This document shows, one piece after another, positions 34,083 to 42,781 of a DNA stretch of 64,000 bases. The stretch spans positions 1,408 through 65,407 of the forward strand of contig CACYQU010000005.1 of NCBI GenBank assembly GCA_902776615.1, given 5' to 3'. The notes beneath the pieces are model-generated. The model was not told the DNA's origin and did not search any database. It saw nothing but the letters and a program-made list of their open reading frames with translations. The DNA comes from an uncultured bacterium (GTDB lineage: Bacteria; Verrucomicrobiota; Kiritimatiellia; RFP12; UBA1067). The position numbers and the translations under genes are program-made. The first letter of the stretch is position 1. Every line of letters starts with the position of its first letter.

Positions 34083-35426
34083 ATGAATTACGCCGAGGCG
34101 GAAAAGGTTCTCAAGAGCTGTGGTCAGGAGCACGCGCTCGCCTTCTGGAAAAAGCTTTCCAAGAAGGAGCGCGAGCAGCTTCTTGCGCAGATAGCGACAA
34201 TCGAGCCGAAAAACATCAAGTATTGCCAGAACGCGCTTGCCAAGGGCGCCGAGGTGCCCGACAGTTCCAAGGGCAAGGCCCCGAAAGTGGCGGTGCTGAA
34301 GGGCAAGAAGCTCGCCGAGGCTGTGGCGGCCGGCGAAAAGGAGCTTGCGGCGGGGCGCGTCGCGGCGCTTCTTGTGGCTGGCGGGCAGGGTTCCCGCCTC
34401 GGTTACGACGGCCCGAAGGGATGCTATTCGATAGGTCCTGTCACGAATGCGCCGCTCTTCTATTTCCATGCGCGCAAGGTGCTTGCGCGAGGGAATCGCT
34501 ATGGCGCGCCGATTCCGTTCTATGTCATGACCAGCGAGGCCAACAATGCCGCGACGGTCAAGTGCTTTGAAGACAACAACTACTTCGGCCTCGACAAAAA
34601 GGACGTGTTCTTCTTTACGCAGGGCATGTGGCCCGGAATGACGAAAGACGGCAAGATAATCCTCGACGCGCCCGGCCATGTGTTCATGAGCCCCGACGGG
34701 CACGGCGGTCTTCTCGCGGCGCTCAAGAGGTCCGGCGCGCTGGCCGACATGAAAAAGCGCGGCATAAGGTCGGTCTTTTTCTTCCAGGTCGACAATCCTC
34801 TCGTGGAGATCGCCGATCCGGCGTTCATCGGGTATCACGTTCAGGAGCGGTCCGAATACTCCCTCAAGCTCTGCGCCAAGCGCGATCCGTTCGAGAAAGT
34901 CGGCGTGCCGATGCAGTTCGGTTCGCAGTATCGCATGGTCGAATATACCGAGATGACCGACGAGCAGTGCAAGCGCAAGGGCAAGGACGGCAAGCTGTAT
35001 TTCCTGTACGGTTCGCCCGCCATACATGTTTTCGACCGTGCGTTCCTCGAGCGGGAGGCGTCGAAAAACATGCCGCTTCATCTTGCGTTCAAGAAGATTC
35101 CGGTCGTGGACGGCAAAGGTTGCGTGGCAAAGCCTTCCGAGCCAAACGGATACAAGTTCGAGAAGTTCATATTCGACATACTCCCCAACGCAAAGCGCGC
35201 GGCGTTCCTCGCCTTCGACCAGAAGGACGAGTTCTCGCCCGTGAAGAACGCGGAAGGCGCCGACTCCCCGGCGACCTGCAAGGCCGACTTGCAGGCCAAG
35301 TGGCTCAAGTGGCTTGCCGAGGCGGGGGTCTCGGTGAAGAAGGGCGTTCCGGTGGAAATCGACCCCGCGTACGCGCTGGACGCTGCGGACATCAAGCGCA
35401 TCGGGCTTTGCCTTGGCGCGGAGTGA
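34083..35426 (+). CDS. UDP-sugar (UDP-N-acetylhexosamine/UTP-hexose-1-P) pyrophosphorylase, UDPGP family
   Basis: It shows ...ALLVAGGQGSRLGYDGPKGCY...FFQVDNPL.... ATG 34083 was chosen because the ORF-track start at 34029 overlaps the tRNA. Confidence 0.8.
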   Translation: MNYAEAEKVLKSCGQEHALAFWKKLSKKEREQLLAQIATIEPKNIKYCQNALAKGAEVPDSSKGKAPKVAVLKGKKLAEAVAAGEKELAAGRVAALLVAGGQGSRLGYDGPKGCYSIGPVTNAPLFYFHARKVLARGNRYGAPIPFYVMTSEANNAATVKCFEDNNYFGLDKKDVFFFTQGMWPGMTKDGKIILDAPGHVFMSPDGHGGLLAALKRSGALADMKKRGIRSVFFFQVDNPLVEIADPAFIGYHVQERSEYSLKLCAKRDPFEKVGVPMQFGSQYRMVEYTEMTDEQCKRKGKDGKLYFLYGSPAIHVFDRAFLEREASKNMPLHLAFKKIPVVDGKGCVAKPSEPNGYKFEKFIFDILPNAKRAAFLAFDQKDEFSPVKNAEGADSPATCKADLQAKWLKWLAEAGVSVKKGVPVEIDPAYALDAADIKRIGLCLGAE

Positions 35427-35463
35427 GCACCATTCAGACGGAATGCTTGGCGTGAAACGCGGC

Positions 35464-36459
35464 ATGTCGCAGAATCGTCCGGTCGCAAGGGTGCTAGGCG
35501 TCCTTGCGGTCGTGGCGTTCGCCGCCACGGCTGAAGCGGCATGGTACTGGCCGTTCGGGTCCGGTGCCGGTCGCGGCGGCAAAGCCAGGCTTTCCGAGAT
35601 CATGGAAGACGCGAACGCCGCTATCGACAACGCGGCCGATTTTGCGGCCGATGGGAAAACGACCGAAGCGATAGCGGAGTACCGCAAGGCGCTTGACGAA
35701 CTCGACAAGGTCGAGCGCGACAATCCCGAGCGCGCGGCCACGGTCGAATTCGCGTCCGTCAGAAACAAGCGTGCTTACGTAAACGCGGCCATAGATTCGC
35801 TGTTGATGGCGCAAGCGCGTGAAAACGCCAAGGCAGTCGCGGTTACCGACACGACCGAGCTTGAGAAGAAGTTTGCGGAGAGGCGGGGACGGCAGTCCGG
35901 CAATGACGTTTCGAGGGGGCGTCCGCCCGCCCAAGCAGGCGCGCAGGACGGCTCGCAATCCCGGGCTGGCGCGCAGGGGCAGGATATGCCGAAGCTGGAA
36001 AAGCAGAAGGATGCGTTCATGGAAAAGGAGCGCGCGCGCCAGAGGGAGATGCAGCGAAAGGCCGCGCGCGCGAAGACGGAGGAAAAGATAGCGGAACTTC
36101 TCCAGAAAGATCCGTCCAGCGGCAGAGCGCGTGTCATGCAGGCTGGTCTTATGATGGGCGACGGCGATCTGGCCGGAGCGAAGCGGAAACTGGCAGAGGT
36201 GCTTGCCGAGACGCCCGAAGATGTCGCCGCGCTAAACATGATGGCCGTATGCGCTGCGAGAGAGGGGGGCTTTTCCGAGGCGGACGATCTGCTCTCGCGC
36301 GCAATCAGGGCCAATCCCAGAGATTATCGCGCTTATTACAACATGGCGAATCTCGTGATGCAGGCGACTGGAAACAAAGCGGTTGCCCTCAGGTACTATG
36401 AGACTGGGCGCAAGGCGGGCGGTCCGGAGGACAAGGAGTTGGAGGCGTCTTTGAAGTGA
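35464..36459 (+). CDS. Secreted TPR-repeat protein
   Basis: ATG 35464 gives a clean signal peptide, MSQNRPVARVLGVLAVVAFAATAEA. TPR-like repeats follow (...AIAEYRKALDELD..., ...YRAYYNMANLVM...). Alternative starts are 35413 (TTG) and 35443. Confidence 0.65.
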   Translation: MSQNRPVARVLGVLAVVAFAATAEAAWYWPFGSGAGRGGKARLSEIMEDANAAIDNAADFAADGKTTEAIAEYRKALDELDKVERDNPERAATVEFASVRNKRAYVNAAIDSLLMAQARENAKAVAVTDTTELEKKFAERRGRQSGNDVSRGRPPAQAGAQDGSQSRAGAQGQDMPKLEKQKDAFMEKERARQREMQRKAARAKTEEKIAELLQKDPSSGRARVMQAGLMMGDGDLAGAKRKLAEVLAETPEDVAALNMMAVCAAREGGFSEADDLLSRAIRANPRDYRAYYNMANLVMQATGNKAVALRYYETGRKAGGPEDKELEASLK

Positions 36460-37031
36460 TTGCGCTCATAGCCAGTTTCATGATCGCGACGAACGCGACG
36501 CCCGCCGAACTTGTGGCGAGCTGCCGCACGATGGTGCCTGCGGACGTCGAGCTTGACGGGCGCATAATCCTCAGGAATCGCAAGGGCTTCACGCAGGCGG
36601 AGTACGGTTATACGCTTACGCGCAAGGGCGGCGAGACCGATCTTGTCGTGAGGGACGGCGCGGGCGAGGCGGTCGCCTTCGAGAAGGACGGCCGTATACT
36701 CGGAACAGACGTGACGTGGAGCGACATAACTCTCGACTATCTGTGGTGGGACGATTTTTCCTTTGACGCCGAGCGCGAGGCCGAGTCGGTGCATGGCCAG
36801 AAGTGCGCCGTGATCGTGATGAAGAAGGGCGACCGCGCCGTGCGTGTGTGGGTGGACCGTAAGACCGGCGCGCTGATGCAGGCCGAAGAGTTCGCCTCGG
36901 GCCGTCCTGTGAGGCGGCTCTGGGGAACCAGAATAAAGAAATTTGGCGATCGCTGGATGGCGAATGTCATGGAAGTCGAAACCCTTGGTTCGGGACACCG
37001 AACCAAAATAACAGTGGAGGAACTCAAATGA
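36456..37031 (+). CDS. LolA-like outer-membrane lipoprotein-sorting fold protein
   Basis: The pattern ...LDGRIILRNRKG...YGYTL...DITLDYLWWDDF...GQKCAVIVMKK...VWVDRKTGALMQAEEF... is typical of LolA-like proteins. Confidence 0.5.
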   Translation: MIALIASFMIATNATPAELVASCRTMVPADVELDGRIILRNRKGFTQAEYGYTLTRKGGETDLVVRDGAGEAVAFEKDGRILGTDVTWSDITLDYLWWDDFSFDAEREAESVHGQKCAVIVMKKGDRAVRVWVDRKTGALMQAEEFASGRPVRRLWGTRIKKFGDRWMANVMEVETLGSGHRTKITVEELK

Positions 37032-38137
37032 AAAAAGCAGTTAAAACAGTGTTCAAGACGCTCCTTTGGATCGTCGTGGCAGTCGTGGCGGCCGTTCTGG
37101 CCCTGCCGCTTTGGATATCGCCCGTTGCGAAAAGCGCGGCCAACGGAGCCGTGCCCAAAATAACGGGAACGGCGTTCAGGCTGGGCGACTTCGGGCTCAA
37201 CTTCTATACGGGGAAGTTGCGCGTTGGCGATGTTACGCTCTTCAATCCGGAGGGCTACACGCCGGCGGAGGCGTTCAAGCTCGGTTCGCTGAACGTGGAG
37301 CTTGAGGTGCTTTCGGCGCTTTCCGATACGGTCGTCATAAACGACATAACGATACGCGACGTGTTCGTATCCTATGTGAGCAAGGACGGCGTGAACAACT
37401 TCGAGGCCATTCTTGAGAACGTGCAGAAGGCGACTGCCGGCGAATCCAAGGAAGAGCCTGCCAAAGAGGCGGAAGAGCCTGCCGCCAAGGACGAGAAGCC
37501 CGCGAAGAAGGTCGTCATCGACCACCTGCTCATCGACGGCGTGAAGGTGCAGTGGGGCCCCGTGCCGATTACGCTTCCGACGAAGATCGAACTTACCGGC
37601 ATCGGACGCGAGTCGAACGGTGTCGACTGGAGCGAGGCCGCGAACGAGATATTCGACGCCATCATGAAGCAGATGAACGCTCTCGGGCAGGGGCTCGTGG
37701 ATTTGGGCGGTGCGCTCAAGGACATGGGGCTCGACGGCGCCAACCAGGTTTTGGACGCGGTGAAAGACGTCGATGTGCAGGGCGCGGTCGATGCCGTGGG
37801 CGGTGCGGCCGGAAAGGCGATGGACGCCGCAGGCTCGGCATTGGGGTCTGCAACGGACGGCGCCGGCGCGGCCTTCAATTCCGTGAGCAAGACGCTCGGT
37901 TCCGCGACGGAGGGCGCGGGCGAAGCGGTTGGCTCCACCGCCGCGAGCGTCGGCAAGGCGGCGGGATCCGTCGCCGAGGGCGCAGGGAAGGCGATCGGCT
38001 CGGCGGCTGACGGTGCAGGCAAGGCGCTTGGCGCGACGACTGACGCCGTGAAGTCCGGCGCGGGCGCCGCGGTGGATGTCACCACCGATGCGCTCAAGGG
38101 TGCAGGCAACGCGGTCAAGGGGCTTTTCGGCAAGTGA
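37028..38137 (+). CDS. Membrane-anchored AsmA/DUF748-like protein with a C-terminal Gly/Ala 11-mer repeat array
   Basis: It has an N-terminal TM segment (LLWIVVAVVAAVLALPLWI). The C-terminus carries repeats GSATDGAGAAF, GSATEGAGEAV, GSVAEGAGKAI and GSAADGAGKAL. Confidence 0.5.
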   Translation: MKKAVKTVFKTLLWIVVAVVAAVLALPLWISPVAKSAANGAVPKITGTAFRLGDFGLNFYTGKLRVGDVTLFNPEGYTPAEAFKLGSLNVELEVLSALSDTVVINDITIRDVFVSYVSKDGVNNFEAILENVQKATAGESKEEPAKEAEEPAAKDEKPAKKVVIDHLLIDGVKVQWGPVPITLPTKIELTGIGRESNGVDWSEAANEIFDAIMKQMNALGQGLVDLGGALKDMGLDGANQVLDAVKDVDVQGAVDAVGGAAGKAMDAAGSALGSATDGAGAAFNSVSKTLGSATEGAGEAVGSTAASVGKAAGSVAEGAGKAIGSAADGAGKALGATTDAVKSGAGAAVDVTTDALKGAGNAVKGLFGK

Positions 38138-38189
38138 TTAGCCGCGAGCGGACGCAAGTTTGATTTGAGGCAAGACAACAGGAAAGAAC

Positions 38190-40658
38190 ATGGAAAAGAA
38201 AACAGCTACGAGGAAGAAGGACCGCCGCGTCGAGATGTCGGTGGAAGGGCTCAAGGAGGATTTCGCCTGGCACCTGCGCTATTCTCTCGCGAAGGACGAG
38301 ACCAAGGCCACTCCGCGCGACCAGTACACGGCTTTCGCAAACGCTGTGCGCGACCGCATAGTCGAGCGTTGGATCAACACGCAGGAGGAATACCACCGCC
38401 AGAACACAAAGCGCGTCTACTATTTGTCGCTTGAGTTCCTCATCGGCCGTCTCCTCGGCAACAACGTCATCAACCTCAAGGCCGACCAGCTCTGCCGCGA
38501 CGCTCTGAAGGAGTATGGCATCGACTGGAACAGCCTGCGCGACTACGAAAGCGACGCCGGTCTCGGAAACGGGGGCCTCGGGCGGCTCGCCGCGTGCTAC
38601 CTTGACTCGATGTCTACGCTGGATCTTGCCGGAATGGGCTATGGCCTCAGGTACGACTACGGAATCTTCCGCCAGAAGATCGTCAACGGCAGCCAGGTGG
38701 AAGAACCCGACCACTGGCTCAAGGACGGCTATCCGTGGGAGATGGCTCGCCCGGAATACGCGCAGACCGTGCACTTCGGCGGACATGTCGAGTGTGCGAC
38801 GATCAAGGGCCGCCAGCAGTGGCGCTGGGTTCCGGACGAGACGGTCGAGGGCCTGCCCTACGATCTGCCGATCGTGGGCTACAACAACGCGGTCAACACG
38901 CTCAGGCTGTGGTCCGCGAAGGCTGTCGACGAATTCGACCTTGCGGACTTCAACAAGGGCTCGTATGTCGAGGCCGTGGAAACCAAGGTTCTCGCCGAGA
39001 ACCTCACGAAGGTTCTCTACCCGAACGACAACACAACGGCGGGAAAAGAGCTGCGTCTGAGGCAGCAGTACTTTTTCGTCGCCTGCTCGCTGAAGGACAT
39101 CCTGCGTCGCTACCGCGAGACGAACGACGGCTGGGACGCGCTGCCGGACAAGGTGTTCATACATCTCAACGAGACGCATCCCGCGCTAGTCGTGCCTGAA
39201 CTGATGCGCATTCTCATCGACAAGGAGGGACTCGATTGGGACAAGGCGTGGGACCTTACCCGTCGTTCGACGGGCTACACCAATCACACGATCCTTCCCG
39301 AGGCGCTCGAGAAGTGGCCCGTGCCAATGATGGAGAGGCTGCTGCCGCGCCATCTGCAGATAATCTACGAGATCAACGGCCGCTTCCTTCAGCAGATAAG
39401 CGCGCTCTATCCCGGCGACATACGCCGCCTGCAGAGGATGTCGCTAATCGACGAGTCGGGCGAGCGCTATGTGCGCATGGCGAACATGTGCCTCGTGTCG
39501 ACGTCTTCGGTGAACGGCGTCGCCGAGCTCCACTCGCAGATTCTCAAGGACAGCCTCTTCAAGGATTTCTACGATCTCTTCCCGGAGCGCTTCCACAATG
39601 TGACGAACGGCATAACGCCGCGCCGCTGGCTTCTCAAGGCCAACCCGGCGCTGGCGCAGCTCATCACAGAGTCGATCGGCGACACGTGGATAACCAGTCT
39701 CGACCAGCTCAAGAAGCTCGAAAAATTCGGGAGCAACCCGAAGTTCCTCGCCGCGCTAGCCAAGATCAAGCGCAGCAACAAGGGCCAGCTCTCCAACTGG
39801 GTCATGAGGAATCTCGGCGTCAAACTCGATCCCGATGCCATATTCGACGTGCAGGTGAAGCGCCTCCACGAGTACAAGCGCCAGCTTCTGCTCGCGCTAT
39901 ACATCATTATCTTCTACAACAGGCTGCTGGCCGATCCGAAGTACGATCCCGTGCCCAGAAGCTTCATATTCGCCGCAAAGGCCGCGCCCGGCTATTACAT
40001 GGCGAAGCTCATCATCCGTCTCATACACGGTATTGCGGGCGTGGTCAACTCGAACCCGAAAACGCGCGGCAAGCTTTCCGTCGCGTTTCTGCCCGACTAC
40101 CGCGTCTCGCTCGCCGAGAAGATCATGCCGGCCGCCGAGGTCTCGGAGCAGATTTCGCTCGCCGGCATGGAGGCCAGCGGAACGGGAAACATGAAGTTCA
40201 TGATGAACGGCGCGCTGACGCTCGGAACCTACGACGGCGCAAATGTCGAGATCAACCAGGAGGTCGGCGACAACAACATGTTCCTCTTCGGAATGAGAAC
40301 CGAGGATGTCGCCCTGCGCCGTCCCTCCTATGTCTCGCGCGACGTCTACAAGAACGATCCCGAGATACGCGAGGCACTCGACATGATCAAGGCCAACGTG
40401 TTCTCGCTTCTGGAGCCGGGGCTTTTCGATCCGATTCTGAGGAGTCTTCTCGACTACAACGACTACTACATGCTTCTGGCCGACCTCCGCAGCTACATGG
40501 AGGCGCAGGATCGCGTGGATGCCACATATCGCAACGTGAAGAAGTGGAACGGCATGTCGCTCGTGAACATCGCGAGGTCCGGCAGGTTCTCTTCCGACCG
40601 CGCGGTTCTGGAGTATGCGCGCGACATCTGGCACGTCGATCCGGTGAAGTTCTCGTAA
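38190..40658 (+). CDS. glgP: Glycogen/maltodextrin phosphorylase
   Basis: It is 822 aa and shows ...YYLSLEFLIGR...GLGNGGLGRLAAC...EASGTGNMKFMMNGALTLGTYDGANVE (the PLP site). Confidence 0.95.
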   Translation: MEKKTATRKKDRRVEMSVEGLKEDFAWHLRYSLAKDETKATPRDQYTAFANAVRDRIVERWINTQEEYHRQNTKRVYYLSLEFLIGRLLGNNVINLKADQLCRDALKEYGIDWNSLRDYESDAGLGNGGLGRLAACYLDSMSTLDLAGMGYGLRYDYGIFRQKIVNGSQVEEPDHWLKDGYPWEMARPEYAQTVHFGGHVECATIKGRQQWRWVPDETVEGLPYDLPIVGYNNAVNTLRLWSAKAVDEFDLADFNKGSYVEAVETKVLAENLTKVLYPNDNTTAGKELRLRQQYFFVACSLKDILRRYRETNDGWDALPDKVFIHLNETHPALVVPELMRILIDKEGLDWDKAWDLTRRSTGYTNHTILPEALEKWPVPMMERLLPRHLQIIYEINGRFLQQISALYPGDIRRLQRMSLIDESGERYVRMANMCLVSTSSVNGVAELHSQILKDSLFKDFYDLFPERFHNVTNGITPRRWLLKANPALAQLITESIGDTWITSLDQLKKLEKFGSNPKFLAALAKIKRSNKGQLSNWVMRNLGVKLDPDAIFDVQVKRLHEYKRQLLLALYIIIFYNRLLADPKYDPVPRSFIFAAKAAPGYYMAKLIIRLIHGIAGVVNSNPKTRGKLSVAFLPDYRVSLAEKIMPAAEVSEQISLAGMEASGTGNMKFMMNGALTLGTYDGANVEINQEVGDNNMFLFGMRTEDVALRRPSYVSRDVYKNDPEIREALDMIKANVFSLLEPGLFDPILRSLLDYNDYYMLLADLRSYMEAQDRVDATYRNVKKWNGMSLVNIARSGRFSSDRAVLEYARDIWHVDPVKFS

Positions 40659-40667
40659 GCCAAGGCC

Positions 40668-41528
40668 ATGCCCGAAAAGGACAGTTCCGGTTATTACATC
40701 CGAGGCGAGGACGGAAAGGCGTTCGGCCCTGTCGAGATCGCGACGCTTGTCGAATGGGCGGGCGATTCGCGGATAGGGCCGACGTCGAGCGTCTCAAAGG
40801 ATCAGAAGCACTGGGTCGCCGCCCCGCTTGTGCCGGAACTTGGCATGACGTGGCTCGTCGAGGCCGAGCAGGGCGTATTCTACGGTCCGTTCAACCGTCG
40901 CGTCGTCGACGGGCTTTTGGAGGCGGGTACGATTGCGCGCGATACGCGCCTTTACGAATTGAGCGGCGGCGCCTCTGCAGAGCAGGCGAAGCTCAAGGCC
41001 GAACTGGACGCGAAGACTGCGGCGCTCGCGGATCTCGAGGTGCGCGTGGCCGCGCAGGCCGAGACCACGAAGAAGACGATTGCGTTCATGGAGGCAAAGA
41101 TCGCGGAGCTGTCGTCCGCTCAGGCGAACGCGTCGAAGGCGGCCGAGGCCGAACGCGAGGCGATGAAAGCCGACGTGTTCCGCACGCGCGAGCGGGCCGA
41201 GAGCGCAGAATCCCGCGCCGCAAAGGCCGAGGCCGAGCGGGACGCGGCAGTCAAGAAGGCCGGGGTTCTCGAGACGGAGCTGGCCGACTTGAGATCCCAG
41301 CTGGAGGCGGTAACAAAGTTCTCGGCGCTTGTGAAGAATGCCAACGCGGAGGTCGTCCAACCCGAAGTGATCGTGTCAGACGCTCCGCCGCCGAAGGCGG
41401 AACCGCGCTTCTCCGGCGCTGGCGGAGCGGCCGGGCTGGCGGCGCTTGAGGCGGCGGCGAGGCGCGAACTTGCCAGCGCAAAGAAGCAGGGCATTTCTCT
41501 GGGCGGAATCTTCGGAGGCAAGAAGTGA
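40668..41528 (+). CDS. Protein with tandem GYF_2 (DUF4339)-like domains plus a coiled coil
   Basis: It shows YYIRGEDGKAFGPVEIATLVEWAGDSRI...HWVAAPLVPEL and a second copy WLVEAEQGVFYGPFNRRVV. An Ala/Glu/Lys coiled coil follows. Confidence 0.55.
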   Translation: MPEKDSSGYYIRGEDGKAFGPVEIATLVEWAGDSRIGPTSSVSKDQKHWVAAPLVPELGMTWLVEAEQGVFYGPFNRRVVDGLLEAGTIARDTRLYELSGGASAEQAKLKAELDAKTAALADLEVRVAAQAETTKKTIAFMEAKIAELSSAQANASKAAEAEREAMKADVFRTRERAESAESRAAKAEAERDAAVKKAGVLETELADLRSQLEAVTKFSALVKNANAEVVQPEVIVSDAPPPKAEPRFSGAGGAAGLAALEAAARRELASAKKQGISLGGIFGGKK

Positions 41529-42781
41529 GCGACAATGAGGCCAAATGGTTCCTGCGCACGCAGGACGAGACGTTCGGACCCGAATCGGAAGAGAAGCTTG
41601 TTGCATGGGCCAAGATGGGCCGCATACAGCCTGGGCAGGAGCTGTCTGACGACAACATCGTATGGCGGCGCGTCGAGGAAGTCCCTTTCCTCGACATGCG
41701 CTATTCCATAGATTTGGGCGATGGCAATCCTAGAGGTCCGTTCCACAGAGCCGCCGCGGAGGCGCTTCTTGCGTCGGGGCGCCTCCCCAAGACGGCCACC
41801 ATTGTAGAGGTGCGCGCTCCGTTCGTGGAAGACGAGCGCCCTGTCGAGCCGGCCTCGCCGGTCTCTCCTGCCGCGCCTGAACAGCCTGCGCCGAAGGTGA
41901 TTGTGCAGGAGAAGGTTGTCGTCAAGGAAGTCCGCGTCGAGGTTCCCGTCGAGAAAGTTGTCGTCAAGGAGGTCCGCGTCGAGGTTCCGGTGGAAGTCGA
42001 GAAGATCGTCGTGGACGAGACGCGCGTCAAGGAGCTTGAGGCGCAGGTCGTCGCCGACGCACAGCGGTTGGCGGATGCGAAGCGCGAAGCCGACAAGCTC
42101 AAGGAGCAGGTAACGTCGCTTGAGGACGAGCTGCGCCGATTGCCGCAGGCCGCGAGCGAAATCGCCGACATCCAGGCGGCGATGTTTTCGGCAATGACGA
42201 ACGAGGCCGGGGAACTGCAGAAAATGCTCGAGGAGGAAAAGCGCGAGGCTGATGAATTCCGCAAGCGCCACCAGGAACGCGCCGACAGGCTTCTCGAGCG
42301 TCGCCGCAACCTTCTCAAGCGCGCGGGCGCAAACATCGAAGAGATGACGCGCAAAGCGCTTGTCGAGCGTCCGGAAGATCCCCGTACGGCGCAGTACCGC
42401 AAGGAGCTGGAGGAGCTCAGGCGGGTGAGTGAGAGAAGGGCGTTCGAGTATGAAGACCGCATTCGCGATTTGACCGAAAAGCTCAAGGTGCGGGAAACCG
42501 AAATCGCTCGGGCCGCCGCCGGCGTTAAAGATGTCACGCAACTTCAGGCGGAGGCACAGGCGCTGAGGGAGCAACTGCATCTTCGCGAGAAGGAGCTTAT
42601 GGCCGAACGCCAGAAGAGCGAGGAGATGCGCCAGCAGCAGGCATTCGCGCAACAGGCCATGATGGCGCGCCTTGCGTCGCTCGAGTCCCCTTCGATAGGC
42701 ACGGCGCAGTCGCTTTCGACCAACCAGAGCCGCGAAGCCAAGATGGTCAAGCTTCCCCGCTGGATGAAGATCGGATTATGA
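41525..42781 (+). CDS. Paralogous protein with tandem GYF_2-like domains plus a coiled coil
   Basis: It shows KWFLRTQDETFGPESEEKLVAWAKMGRIQPGQEL...VWRRVEEVPFLDM. Its start overlaps the upstream stop, and a long coiled coil follows. Confidence 0.55.
   Translation: MSDNEAKWFLRTQDETFGPESEEKLVAWAKMGRIQPGQELSDDNIVWRRVEEVPFLDMRYSIDLGDGNPRGPFHRAAAEALLASGRLPKTATIVEVRAPFVEDERPVEPASPVSPAAPEQPAPKVIVQEKVVVKEVRVEVPVEKVVVKEVRVEVPVEVEKIVVDETRVKELEAQVVADAQRLADAKREADKLKEQVTSLEDELRRLPQAASEIADIQAAMFSAMTNEAGELQKMLEEEKREADEFRKRHQERADRLLERRRNLLKRAGANIEEMTRKALVERPEDPRTAQYRKELEELRRVSERRAFEYEDRIRDLTEKLKVRETEIARAAAGVKDVTQLQAEAQALREQLHLREKELMAERQKSEEMRQQQAFAQQAMMARLASLESPSIGTAQSLSTNQSREAKMVKLPRWMKIGL
41909..41992 (+). 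repeat. 42-bp tandem duplication (x2) inside the GYF_2 paralogue
   Basis: GAGAAGGTTGTCGTCAAGGAAGTCCGCGTCGAGGTTCCCGTC is followed by GAGAAAGTTGTCGTCAAGGAGGTCCGCGTCGAGGTTCCGGTG. Each unit encodes EKVVVKEVRVEVPV. Confidence 0.9.
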
